This document shows, in pieces, positions 1 through 7,114 of a stretch of 38,763 nt of DNA. Within the stretch, counting starts at the first letter, position 1, and each line of letters starts with the position of its first letter. A model generated the notes under the pieces. The model was not told the origin of the DNA. It searched no databases and saw only the letters and a program-made list of their open reading frames with translations. The stretch lies in the IMG/VR virus record IMGVR_UViG_3300045988_151387; one strand, 5' to 3'. The stretch is from a virus. The position numbers were made by a program, and so were the translations under genes.

Positions 1-55
1 TGGCTCCGCATCTAAAGGAAAGCCAGATGGCAGAGTTAAAAGGGGCGTTGTATAT
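1..55. repeat. Terminal overlap: bases 1-55 are identical to 38709-38763 (circular contig closure or permuted genome)
   Basis: Both ends read tggctccgcatctaaaggaaagccagatggcagagttaaaaggggcgttgtatat. The unique length is therefore 38708 bp. Confidence 0.95.
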
Positions 56-956
56 TTGCCTACAGGATTATGAAATCAGGAAGAAACAGACAGACCTTGC
101 AGTGTATGAGGATAATGCAAGTGTTTATTTAAGGAGATTCTTACTGGAAAGAGGGGCGGCTGGACTGTCTCAGGAAACTTTGGACAATTACAAGCTAACC
201 TTGGAGATGTTTCTCCAGGCTACGAATAAGCCGGTGACGCAATACACAGATGAGGATATTATCTGTTATCTGGAAGTGTACAGGCGTGTAAGAAAGGTAT
301 CTTTTGCACGCATTAAAAACATGCAGAGCGCTATGAGCAGTTTCTTCGGCTGGCTTTGCCGGAGAAAGTATATACAGGCCAACCCAGTGGCACAGATGGA
401 CAGTATCAAAGTGCCAAAGAAAATAAAGCATCCCTTTACTGCAGAGGATATGGAAATCTTGCGTATAAACTGCCAGCAGCTAAGAGACATGGCTATTTTA
501 GAGACTTTGTACAGCACAGCGGTAAGAGTTTCCGAACTGGCAGCCATGGACAGGACGGACATATCCTTTGTAAACAGGGATGTAACGGTAACAGGAAAAG
601 GAAATAAACAAAGGGAAACTTATATCAATGCATCTATGGGGGTGTATTTAAAAATGTATCTAGAGAGTAGGACAGACAACAATCCGGCTTTATTCGTAAG
701 TCTGAAAGCACCGCACAAAAGACTAAGCAAGAGGGGGATAGAAGCGCTAATAAAAAGAATTGGCATAGCTGCAGGGGTAGAAAACGTGCATCCGCACCGA
801 TTCCGGCGCACAGCGGCAACAGATTTATTAAGAAGAGGGATGCCGATAGAGCAGGTTAGTAAGTTATTAGGACATGTAAAACTGGATACTACACAGATTT
901 ATTGTACGGTAGACCAGGAATCGGTAAGAATGTCGCACAGAAAGTATTGTGCATAA
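1..956 (+). CDS. Tyrosine site-specific recombinase (XerC/D- or Rci-like), 3' part. The gene starts at ATG 38672 and wraps across the window junction (about 330 aa in total).
   Basis: The frame of ORF 27..956 stays open back to base 3 and continues in frame from 38672 (38735 corresponds to base 27; 63 nt apart). Catalytic signature: AVRVSEL (Arg), GKGNKQR (Lys), HPHRFRRT (His-x-x-Arg), LGHVKLDTTQIY (His and Tyr nucleophile). An N-terminal SAM-like core-binding region is present. Confidence 0.9.
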   Translation, partial: APHLKESQMAELKGALYICLQDYEIRKKQTDLAVYEDNASVYLRRFLLERGAAGLSQETLDNYKLTLEMFLQATNKPVTQYTDEDIICYLEVYRRVRKVSFARIKNMQSAMSSFFGWLCRRKYIQANPVAQMDSIKVPKKIKHPFTAEDMEILRINCQQLRDMAILETLYSTAVRVSELAAMDRTDISFVNRDVTVTGKGNKQRETYINASMGVYLKMYLESRTDNNPALFVSLKAPHKRLSKRGIEALIKRIGIAAGVENVHPHRFRRTAATDLLRRGMPIEQVSKLLGHVKLDTTQIYCTVDQESVRMSHRKYCA

Positions 957-1051
957 ATTTAAGGAGATAAGAAGGATATTACAAAAGTCCGGCCAGAGGT
1001 GGGGCTTTTTTACTATGCACAGAAGAAAAAAGAGAAGATAAAAAAGGGAAA

Positions 1052-1066
1052 TGCGCTAAATAGTAA
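1052..1066 (+). repeat. Candidate recombination site S3 (TGCGCTAAATAGTAA), direct orientation
   Basis: Matches the 15-bp consensus TGNNCTAAATAGTAA shared with 37910-37924, 38601-38615 (reverse complement) and 1667-1681 (reverse complement). It reads gcg cta aat agt = ALNS in the frame of ORF 999..1373. Confidence 0.75.
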
Positions 1067-1373
1067 TACTTACAATAAAAAACCAGCAACATTAAAAGGC
1101 TTAGAAACTTTTGCAGCAGATGTAAAACCAGGGCACTATATCATTACAGACGGATTAAGCATAGCCAAAGACTGGCCAATGAACGATACAAATACGCTGG
1201 CCGCAACATTACTGGTCATTGGAAACTTAAATAATCCATCCACCATGCAGGGCTACCGTGTTTATTTGCTTTTCACAAACAAAAAACAGTTCTTTGTCCT
1301 TACGCAATGGTGGAGCAAAGAAGATGTAAAAGCAGACAACTGGAGAAAGATAGATTTAAATGTTATTAATTAA
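1052..1373 (+). other. Silent C-terminal cassette C (about 102 aa after ALNS) for the 37719 tail protein
   Basis: ORF 999..1373 has no RBS. Its first 18 codons run over the T-run that follows the recombinase stop. From ALNS onward it is a roughly 100-aa domain (NTYNKKPATLKGLETF...WRKIDLNVIN), similar in length and ending to the C-terminus of 37719..38267 (...WVRFATTQVINE). Confidence 0.65.
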
Positions 1374-1681
1374 GTATTTCCACTTTTTCTCCTGCACCAA
1401 GATTGCAATTTTTATAGGAGAAGGTATTTTTGCTTATTTCTAACCGTCCAATAATCAAATTTCCATATGGGCCACAGGCAGCAACAATATCACACATATC
1501 CGTGCTTTGCTTGCAAATGAACCCTCTGGAACTAGAAGAAATCTTACCTCCTGTTAAATCAGAAATTACATCATTGGAGCGACCATGAAAAAACCACACA
1601 TCACTGTCTTTGTGCTTTTTAAAATTATCTAGTAATTCTTTTAACGTGTACACACAAATCGGAGAATTACTATTTAGTTCA
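1366..1681 (-). other. Silent C-terminal cassette D (about 100 aa after LNS), inverted orientation
   Basis: The frame of ORF 1366..1653 (-) is open upstream through site S4. The reverse complement reads ttt tgt gaa cta aat agt aat tct ccg att tgt gtg tac = FCELNSNSPICVY. There is no RBS. It ends ...GEKVEILN. Its stop overlaps the cassette C stop in the palindrome TTAATTAA (1366-1373). Confidence 0.65.
1667..1681 (-). repeat. Candidate recombination site S4 (reverse complement TGAACTAAATAGTAA), inverted orientation
   Basis: The plus strand reads ttactatttagttca. It has the same 11-bp core, CTAAATAGTAA, and the same codon phase (gaa cta aat agt) as the other three copies. Confidence 0.7.
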
Positions 1682-1757
1682 CAAAAGAAGAGTTTATACC
1701 AAAGGACATCTGCAAAGATGCCTTTTGTTATAGATTTTTCGGAAAGGAGGAAAAGAA

Positions 1758-3185
1758 TTGCGGTTTGAAAAAGAAGTAAACATATACGGAGATGAAGCCG
1801 TGCTGAAACGCTTCAAGGCAGCGGAAACCAGCATAGCAGTTGTGCAGGGGAATATATCCGCTATCATCTCCGAATCAGAGTTAGTAGAATTGGTAAACAG
1901 CAAGGCAACTATGTACAGCAAACTTGCATCCGCAGTCATGGATATCAAAAGCCTTACCATCAATTTCTCCGACTTGACCACGAAATACAATACTGTTTCT
2001 GGCCAGTACACCGCCCTGGACAGCAAAGTGGCACAGTATAAGCTAAGTGTAGATGGATTGTCGGCAGATATTGCGGCAGTGCAGCAGGACTTAAATAAAA
2101 ATTACAGTACCACAACTGAAATGAATGCTGCTATTAAAGCGAATGTATCAGAGATATCTGCAGAATTGTACGCTGTTAAAACGAACCTGAGCAACAACTA
2201 TTCCACCACCAGCGCCATGAATGCAGCCATTAAAGCTAAAGTAGATGCCTTGTCCTTGTCGGTGTCCTCTACCTACTCTAAAAAAACAGACCTGACAGCG
2301 GCTACCAGCAGGATAAGCACACTAGAGACATGGAGAAAGGAAGCCAGCTTACAGATAACAGACAGCGCGATTGTAAGCACAGTCATATCCTCTTCCTCAT
2401 ACAAAAACAGTGTAAAATCTATGATCACTCAGACAGCGGATGAAATCCGTATGAAGGCAGCAAGGATATCCTGGAGCAGCACTTACTCCAGCATGACATC
2501 AGACGGAAAATTAACCTGTACCAGTGGGAAAATCGGAGGATGGACCATAGGAAGTAATGCTCTATACAGCGGAATGACCTCTTACGGAGACACTGCACAC
2601 AACGGAGTGTGGCTTGGAACCAACGGCATAGCCTGTGGAAAAGGCAGATTTAAAGTAAATACAGCTGGAGATGTCTATTGCAATGATATCAACGCCGATA
2701 GAATCAACTGTACTGGATTTTATGCGGATGGAAGTGTAACTTTTTACGTTCAGGATGTTTGGAACCAGGGGCTTTACACTAATGGAAAATTGACTTGCCA
2801 GACAGGTTTTTATTGCGGGCATGATATTTATGCAGAAGGAAGAATTGCAACACCTAACTGGGCTTCCCCTTCGGATGCAAGATTAAAAGCAAATGTAGAG
2901 GATGTTTCGGAGGCAATGGCAAGGGCATTGCTTCGGGATATGCAGCCGAAAACATATTATCTAAGAAAAGAATATGGAACAAGGCGTATTGGATTTATTG
3001 CACAGGACGTCCAGGCAGTATTGCAGAGAAATGGTCTGGATAACACACTTTTTGTAAAAAACATCACGAATCCTGAGACGGGAGAGCAGTTCTTAGGATT
3101 GGACTATATCGACATGATAGCGGTATTGTGGAAAGGCATACAGATGCTGGATCAGGAAATACAGAAACTAAAGGCGTGTAAGTAA
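1758..3185 (+). CDS. Tail fibre protein with C-terminal intramolecular chaperone / autoproteolytic (peptidase S74-like) domain
   Basis: TTG start with RBS aggagg 8 nt upstream. C-terminus: SPSDARLKANVEDVS...RIGFIAQDVQAVL...LGLDYIDMIAVLWKGIQMLDQEIQKLK, typical of S74 chaperone domains. GGWTIG-type fibre motif. Tandem repeat N(K/N)NYSTT(T/S)xMNAAIKA. Confidence 0.8.
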   Translation: MRFEKEVNIYGDEAVLKRFKAAETSIAVVQGNISAIISESELVELVNSKATMYSKLASAVMDIKSLTINFSDLTTKYNTVSGQYTALDSKVAQYKLSVDGLSADIAAVQQDLNKNYSTTTEMNAAIKANVSEISAELYAVKTNLSNNYSTTSAMNAAIKAKVDALSLSVSSTYSKKTDLTAATSRISTLETWRKEASLQITDSAIVSTVISSSSYKNSVKSMITQTADEIRMKAARISWSSTYSSMTSDGKLTCTSGKIGGWTIGSNALYSGMTSYGDTAHNGVWLGTNGIACGKGRFKVNTAGDVYCNDINADRINCTGFYADGSVTFYVQDVWNQGLYTNGKLTCQTGFYCGHDIYAEGRIATPNWASPSDARLKANVEDVSEAMARALLRDMQPKTYYLRKEYGTRRIGFIAQDVQAVLQRNGLDNTLFVKNITNPETGEQFLGLDYIDMIAVLWKGIQMLDQEIQKLKACK

Positions 3186-3210
3186 AGGAGGTATATATGG
3201 AAATCAGAGC

Positions 3211-3235
3211 AAGACCTTAACGGGTCTTATTTTAT
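3211..3235 (+). terminator. Rho-independent terminator after the tail fibre gene
   Basis: aagacc-ttaacg-ggtctt hairpin followed by atttta. Confidence 0.55.
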
Positions 3236-3263
3236 TGCAGAAAAAAGAAAGGAAAGTGAGGAT

Positions 3264-3734
3264 ATGAAGAAAATGAATTATGCAGATGCGATTATTGACG
3301 GCTACAATGCGGCAGTTGGTGCAATTGTAGCAGTGTTATCTTACATTTTAGGAGAACACTGGGTATTGTTTGTAGCCTTCCTCCTGCTCAATGTAGCAGA
3401 TTGGCTCACAGGATGGATGAAAAGCCGCATGGCGGGGAAAGAAAATTCTATGAAGGGCTGGAAAGGTGTTTTGAAGAAGCTGGGATACTGGCTCATGATT
3501 ATGGTAGCGTTTGGAGCAGGTGCTGTATTTATTGAAATAGGAAAGACTATAGGAATTGACCTGGGGATTACAACACTCCTGGGATGGTTTGTTCTGGCCA
3601 GTTTGTTAATAAATGAAATCAGGTCCATCTTAGAGAATTTTGTAGAAGCTGGATTTAATGTACCTAGGATATTAATTAAAGGCTTAGAAGTAGCAGATAA
3701 AGTTGTGAATAAGGATAACCAGGAGGGCGAATAA
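3264..3734 (+). CDS. Holin (phage_holin_4 / TcdE-like family)
   Basis: RBS gtgagg. Several transmembrane segments. Motifs LLNVADWLTGW and INEIRSILENFVEAG are as I recall them for this holin family. It lies directly upstream of the endolysin. Confidence 0.8.
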   Translation: MKKMNYADAIIDGYNAAVGAIVAVLSYILGEHWVLFVAFLLLNVADWLTGWMKSRMAGKENSMKGWKGVLKKLGYWLMIMVAFGAGAVFIEIGKTIGIDLGITTLLGWFVLASLLINEIRSILENFVEAGFNVPRILIKGLEVADKVVNKDNQEGE

Positions 3735-3782
3735 AGCCCTCCATTTTGTTGCGCCGGCGTAACCGGCAGAAAGGAGAACATT

Positions 3783-3959
3783 ATGGGTTATACAGAAACA
3801 GACATGGAAATGATTAAAAGCTTTGCGTATGGTTACACGCCAGAACAGGTAGCAGAAAGCTATGGTATTTCGGTGGAGGATGCCAGAAACATGCAGAAAA
3901 ACAATGCAAAGGAAATTGAAGAGAGAAAAGCAGAGCTTACAAAAGGAGGGTATATGTAA
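3783..3959 (+). CDS. Small (58 aa) protein with HTH-like segment, between holin and endolysin
   Basis: Not in the ORF track (under 60 aa). Strong RBS gaaaggag. Sequence: [58 protein letters not shown]. Its stop overlaps the endolysin start (ATGTAATG). Confidence 0.55.
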   Translation: MGYTETDMEMIKSFAYGYTPEQVAESYGISVEDARNMQKNNAKEIEERKAELTKGGYM

Positions 3960-4996
3960 TGGCATTAAAAGGAATTGATGTAAGCCAGTGGCAGGGAAAC
4001 ATTGATTGGCAGAAGGTAAAAGGTGCAGGCGTACAATTTGCCATGCTCCGTGCCGGATATGGCCGGAATAACTTAGATACAAAATTCCATAGAAATGCCC
4101 AGGGAGCGGCAGCGGCAGGAATCCCAGTTGGATTGTACTGGTTTTCCTATGCCTTAAATGTGGAGATAGCAAGAAAGGAAGCTCAGTATGCTGTAGAGCT
4201 GGCAAAGAAATATAAAATCACCTGGCCAATTGCTTATGACCTGGAATATGATACCGTATCCTACGCAGTCAAGAATGGCGTGACCATTACAAAATCCCTG
4301 GCTACACAGATGGCTATTGCATTTTGTGAAGAGATTAAACGTCTGGGATATATCCCTATGGTTTATACAAATCTTGATTATCTGAACCGATATTTTGATA
4401 GAAGCAAGCTCCCATATGATCTGTGGTATGCACAATATGCATCCACGGCCTCTGTAGCAGATAAGGAAATCTGGCAGTACAGCAGTAAGGGAAGTGTGCC
4501 TGGGATTGCAGGGAATGTGGATATGAACCATGGGTATAAAGATTATGGAAATGGCGGAGATTCTAAGCCGGATCCAGCACCAACACCAAGCCCTGCTCCA
4601 TCCGGCACAACATTAAATCTGGCAGTTGCAGTTATGCAGGGTAAATATGGTGCAGGACAGGATAGAAAGAACGCCCTTGGTACCAGATATCAGGAAGTGC
4701 AGGACTTTATTAATCATATTGCAAGTGCCTCCACAGACACTTTGGTAGCAGAAGTGATGCAGGGTAAATATGGAAACGGAGAAACCAGAAAAACTGTACT
4801 GGGAGGCAGATACAAAGCTGTGCAAGATAAGATTGACGGAAAAGGCAGCGGAGCTGTGTATTATACAGTACGAACAGGAGATACCTTATCTGGTATTGCT
4901 GCTAAGTATGGAACTACTTACCAGAAAATCGCACAGATGAACGGTATTGCAAATCCAAATAAGATTTATGCTGGGCAGAAAATTAGGGTAAAATAA
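3959..4996 (+). CDS. Endolysin: GH25 muramidase + 2 CW_7 repeats + LysM
   Basis: N-terminus [31 protein letters not shown] (GH25). Two repeats VMQGKYG(A/N)G..RK..LG.RY..VQD (Cpl-7-type CW_7). C-terminus [30 protein letters not shown]...GQKIRV (LysM). Confidence 0.9.
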   Translation: MALKGIDVSQWQGNIDWQKVKGAGVQFAMLRAGYGRNNLDTKFHRNAQGAAAAGIPVGLYWFSYALNVEIARKEAQYAVELAKKYKITWPIAYDLEYDTVSYAVKNGVTITKSLATQMAIAFCEEIKRLGYIPMVYTNLDYLNRYFDRSKLPYDLWYAQYASTASVADKEIWQYSSKGSVPGIAGNVDMNHGYKDYGNGGDSKPDPAPTPSPAPSGTTLNLAVAVMQGKYGAGQDRKNALGTRYQEVQDFINHIASASTDTLVAEVMQGKYGNGETRKTVLGGRYKAVQDKIDGKGSGAVYYTVRTGDTLSGIAAKYGTTYQKIAQMNGIANPNKIYAGQKIRVK

Positions 4997-5005
4997 AAGA
5001 AAAAT

Positions 5006-5030
5006 CCTCCCAGACTGGCAATCTGGGAGG
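5006..5030. terminator. 9-bp GC-rich hairpin between the convergent lysis and integrase genes
   Basis: cctcccaga-ctggcaa-tctgggagg. The upstream flank is A-rich (aaaagaaaaat), which gives a U-tract only for the minus-strand transcript. Confidence 0.5.
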
Positions 5031-5069
5031 GAATATTGTATCATCTTATTATATAGATAAAAACACACA

Positions 5070-5113
5070 TCTAGGTTACTGATGTAAGGACCCCCTTATC
5101 CCTGTAACCTAGA
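5070..5113. other. Candidate attP for the large serine recombinase (44-bp dyad-symmetric site)
   Basis: Perfect 10-bp inverted repeat tctaggttac / gtaacctaga (5070-5079, 5104-5113). A nested 5-bp inverted repeat taagg / cctta (5085-5089, 5094-5098) shares the same centre (5091/5092). It lies just 3' of the recombinase gene. Confidence 0.35.
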
Positions 5114-5121
5114 AGTCCCTC

Positions 5122-5147
5122 AAAGCCGCTGTTTATGCGGCTTTTCT
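5122..5147 (+). terminator. Hairpin plus T-run; possible terminator of the plus-strand lysis operon, overlapping the recombinase stop codon
   Basis: aaagccgc-tgtttat-gcggcttt followed by tct. Confidence 0.4.
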
Positions 5148-6566
5148 GGGAGTGTAGAGGTGGAAGATTAGTGTATCATTCTCTTTGTCGTAGATAATTT
5201 CCTCTACAATAGAGCGAATAAACACACCTTTTGTTTCGTTACTGATTTCATCATTTTTTAAAATATCAAAGACGGTTTGGACTTTATCAAGAAACTGCTC
5301 TTTGGTACCAGGTGCAGCAGCAGTCTTGATAAGGTTTACTTTTTTAGCTTCCAGTTCTTCACGCTCTTTTTTTAAACGCTCTTTATTTTCCTTGTATTCC
5401 TCTAAGGAATCCACACCCGTTTCGTAGGCAGTCCGGATTCTCTTTTCTCTAACAGATAAGTTCTCTAAATCCTTTTCCCATTGTTCTTGTTCTGTAAGTT
5501 CTGGGGTGTCTTTTTCTACATAAGAAATAGAAAAATCCATACCATCCAAAATCTGTTCAAGGTATTCTATGACTGCTTTTATCAGGCGATTTTCGGAAAT
5601 GGAAGAGCTGCCTTTGTGGAAACCTTTTGCGTATCGCCAGCACACAAAGTAAGGGTATTTTCCAGTATTGTAAGATAAAGATGCACCACATATAGAACAT
5701 TTCACTAATCCAGACAGCCAGTGCTTACAAGTAGACACACTTCTTCTTTTTTTAGGCTTATATGTAGCAGCGGTAATTTGCTGGGCTTTTTCAAAAAGCT
5801 CAGGAGAAATAAAGGTTTCATGCTGCCCTTTGGTCGAAATACCGTTCCATTCCAAATCCCCTATATAAAATTTATTTTGTAGAATATAGGAAATAGTGCG
5901 ATTTTCAAATAAACCGCCCCGTTTTGTGTGAATGCCCATGTCGTTTATTTGCCTTGCGATAGCAGTAGGTTCCCTGTGATATTGACAATATTGTTGGAAA
6001 ATGTAAGTCACCAGTTTTGCTTCTTCTGGAACTACAACAAAAGGTTTACCTTCTCCAATAGCTTTATATCCCAAAGGCGGTGTGGATTGGTAGCCTCCAC
6101 GCAAAGCCTTTTCTGTCATACCACGGATAACCTCTCCGGAAAGGTTAATAGAGTAGTATTCGTCCATCCATTCAATAATCCTTTCAATCAGGGAGCCAAA
6201 AGGACCATCAATGAGAGGTTCTGAGGTGCTGATTACATCAATACCGCACTGTTTCTTGAGCATGGATTTATACACTATGGATTCTTCCTGGTTCCTAGCA
6301 AACCTACTGAATTTCCAAACAAGAATAACTTGGAACGGTGAAGGGGTGGACTTTGCTAAAGAAATCATTTTTTGAAATTCTGGCCGCTTCTGAGCTTTAC
6401 GTCCGGAGATACCATTCTCTATAAAAATGTAATCTGGATTTACCAGAATCTTATTTTTCTTTGCATAGTCCAGCAGCAACCTTTTCTGAGCATCTGGAGA
6501 GAGCTCTTCTTGTTTATCTGTGCTTACACGAATATAAAGGGCGCCGTCTCGATAATTTTCTGGCAT
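5133..6566 (-). CDS. Large serine recombinase (phage integrase type), 477 aa from the RBS-supported start
   Basis: N-terminus ALYIRVSTDKQEELSPDAQ (resolvase catalytic Ser domain). Central recombinase domain. Cys cluster CKHWLSGLVKCSICG...FVCWRY (zinc ribbon). C-terminal coiled coil. ATG 6566 is preceded by aaaggag. The 34 codons upstream in the ORF track lack an RBS. Confidence 0.9.
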   Translation of the reverse strand: MPENYRDGALYIRVSTDKQEELSPDAQKRLLLDYAKKNKILVNPDYIFIENGISGRKAQKRPEFQKMISLAKSTPSPFQVILVWKFSRFARNQEESIVYKSMLKKQCGIDVISTSEPLIDGPFGSLIERIIEWMDEYYSINLSGEVIRGMTEKALRGGYQSTPPLGYKAIGEGKPFVVVPEEAKLVTYIFQQYCQYHREPTAIARQINDMGIHTKRGGLFENRTISYILQNKFYIGDLEWNGISTKGQHETFISPELFEKAQQITAATYKPKKRRSVSTCKHWLSGLVKCSICGASLSYNTGKYPYFVCWRYAKGFHKGSSSISENRLIKAVIEYLEQILDGMDFSISYVEKDTPELTEQEQWEKDLENLSVREKRIRTAYETGVDSLEEYKENKERLKKEREELEAKKVNLIKTAAAPGTKEQFLDKVQTVFDILKNDEISNETKGVFIRSIVEEIIYDKENDTLIFHLYTPRKAA

Positions 6567-6640
6567 AATATCATCTCCTTTGTTGATTTTATGTATAAAA
6601 AGGTACAAAAATAACAGCCAGCATAGAACATTAGTTCCGC

Positions 6641-6669
6641 TTGCGAGCTGTTTCCGAAGATGATACAAT
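6641..6669 (+). promoter_or_regulatory. Sigma-70/SigA-type promoter: TTGCGA, 17-nt spacer, TG-n-TACAAT
   Basis: -35 ttgcga at 6641-6646. Extended -10 tgatacaat at 6661-6669. Exactly 17-nt spacer. It points away from the recombinase start. Confidence 0.5.
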
Positions 6670-6675
6670 ATTTTA

Positions 6676-6804
6676 TGAACGTACTATTGTATTCTTCGGA
6701 GCAGTAGTCTTATTGAGAGACCCATACTGATTATGGGTGCAAGATTCGTTGGTAGCGAGTCTTGCGATTTGCCGTCCTTGTGCTGGTAACACAGGGGCGG
6801 TTTT
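6676..6804 (+). ncRNA. Candidate structured small RNA of about 130 nt (unknown family)
   Basis: Bounded by the promoter above and a terminator: 11-bp stem ccgtccttgtg / cacaggggcgg (6772-6800) followed by tttt. Three further hairpins: actattg/cagtagt, cccata/tatggg, gcaagattcg/cgagtcttgc. No RBS-led ORF. Confidence 0.4.
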
Positions 6805-6942
6805 CACATTTGACAAATAATCCAGCCTGACATATAATATACTTAACAAGGGAGCCGGAAGGTGACTGCACTTCACCCGTCCCGGCGAATAAGTTTTAAA
6901 CTATTAAGGAATAGCCGTCTACTTTTCTCAGGAGCAGGACGG

Positions 6943-7026
6943 CTATTTCTTATGTGTAAGATTCAGAATTGCAACAATCAGTAGAGCAACGCTTACGATT
7001 AGGCTTAATTCCTCGTATGTACTCAT
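6943..7026 (-). CDS. 27-aa hydrophobic peptide, Hol-Tox-like (putative type I toxin)
   Basis: Not in the ORF track. RBS ggaaggcggtg. Sequence MSTYEELSLIVSVALLIVAILNLTHKK: polar N-terminus, a single TM helix, a Lys-Lys tail. This matches the short 'putative holin-like toxin' peptides of Firmicutes as I remember them. Confidence 0.5.
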   Translation of the reverse strand: MSTYEELSLIVSVALLIVAILNLTHKK

Positions 7027-7114
7027 AATAATCACCGCCTTCCGTAAGGTCTCAGAATAGGTGAGAGCACGTCCCCCAGCTCCCTGGGTAAGTATATTAT
7101 ATTGTCAAGGTGGA

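Noticed and set aside
1-956. Tyrosine recombinase as the prophage integrase, or as a sign of a nested mobile element (two recombinases in one phage)
   Set aside because: It is embedded among four oriented copies of a 15-bp site within the tail-fibre region. A large serine recombinase sits in the canonical lysogeny position. The shufflon-invertase reading explains both genes. An integrase role cannot be fully excluded without experiments.
983-1012. Possible intrinsic terminator after the recombinase gene (aaaagtcc...ggggctttttt)
   Set aside because: The stem needs a wobble pair and a bulge and has a 10-nt loop. Only the T-run is convincing, so it is not reported as a feature.
999-1373. ORF 999..1373 as an ordinary independent gene starting at 999
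   Set aside because: The start codon is a GTG inside the T-rich stretch after the recombinase stop. There is no RBS, and the first 18 codons are low-complexity. The conserved site S3 and the ALNS junction show that the functional part begins at 1052, as a silent cassette.
3341-3781. Long antisense or alternative-frame ORFs from the track. Examples: 3341..3781(-), 3684..4205(-), 20323..20790(-), 22672..23193(-), 23564..24091(-), 25526..26071(-), 31094..31552(-), 31755..32255(-), 33185..33736(-), 35374..35823(-), 35827..36333(-), 14570..15007(+), 25662..25961(+).
   Set aside because: All lie inside strongly supported genes on the other strand or in another frame. They lack an RBS and have low-complexity, Ser/Leu/Cys-rich translations typical of shadow ORFs.
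5133-6668. The 511-aa version of the serine recombinase starting at 6668
   Set aside because: The extra 34 N-terminal codons are hydrophobic junk without an RBS. ATG 6566 has aaaggag upstream and yields the normal distance to the catalytic YIRVSTDKQ. The extension also overlaps a good divergent promoter.
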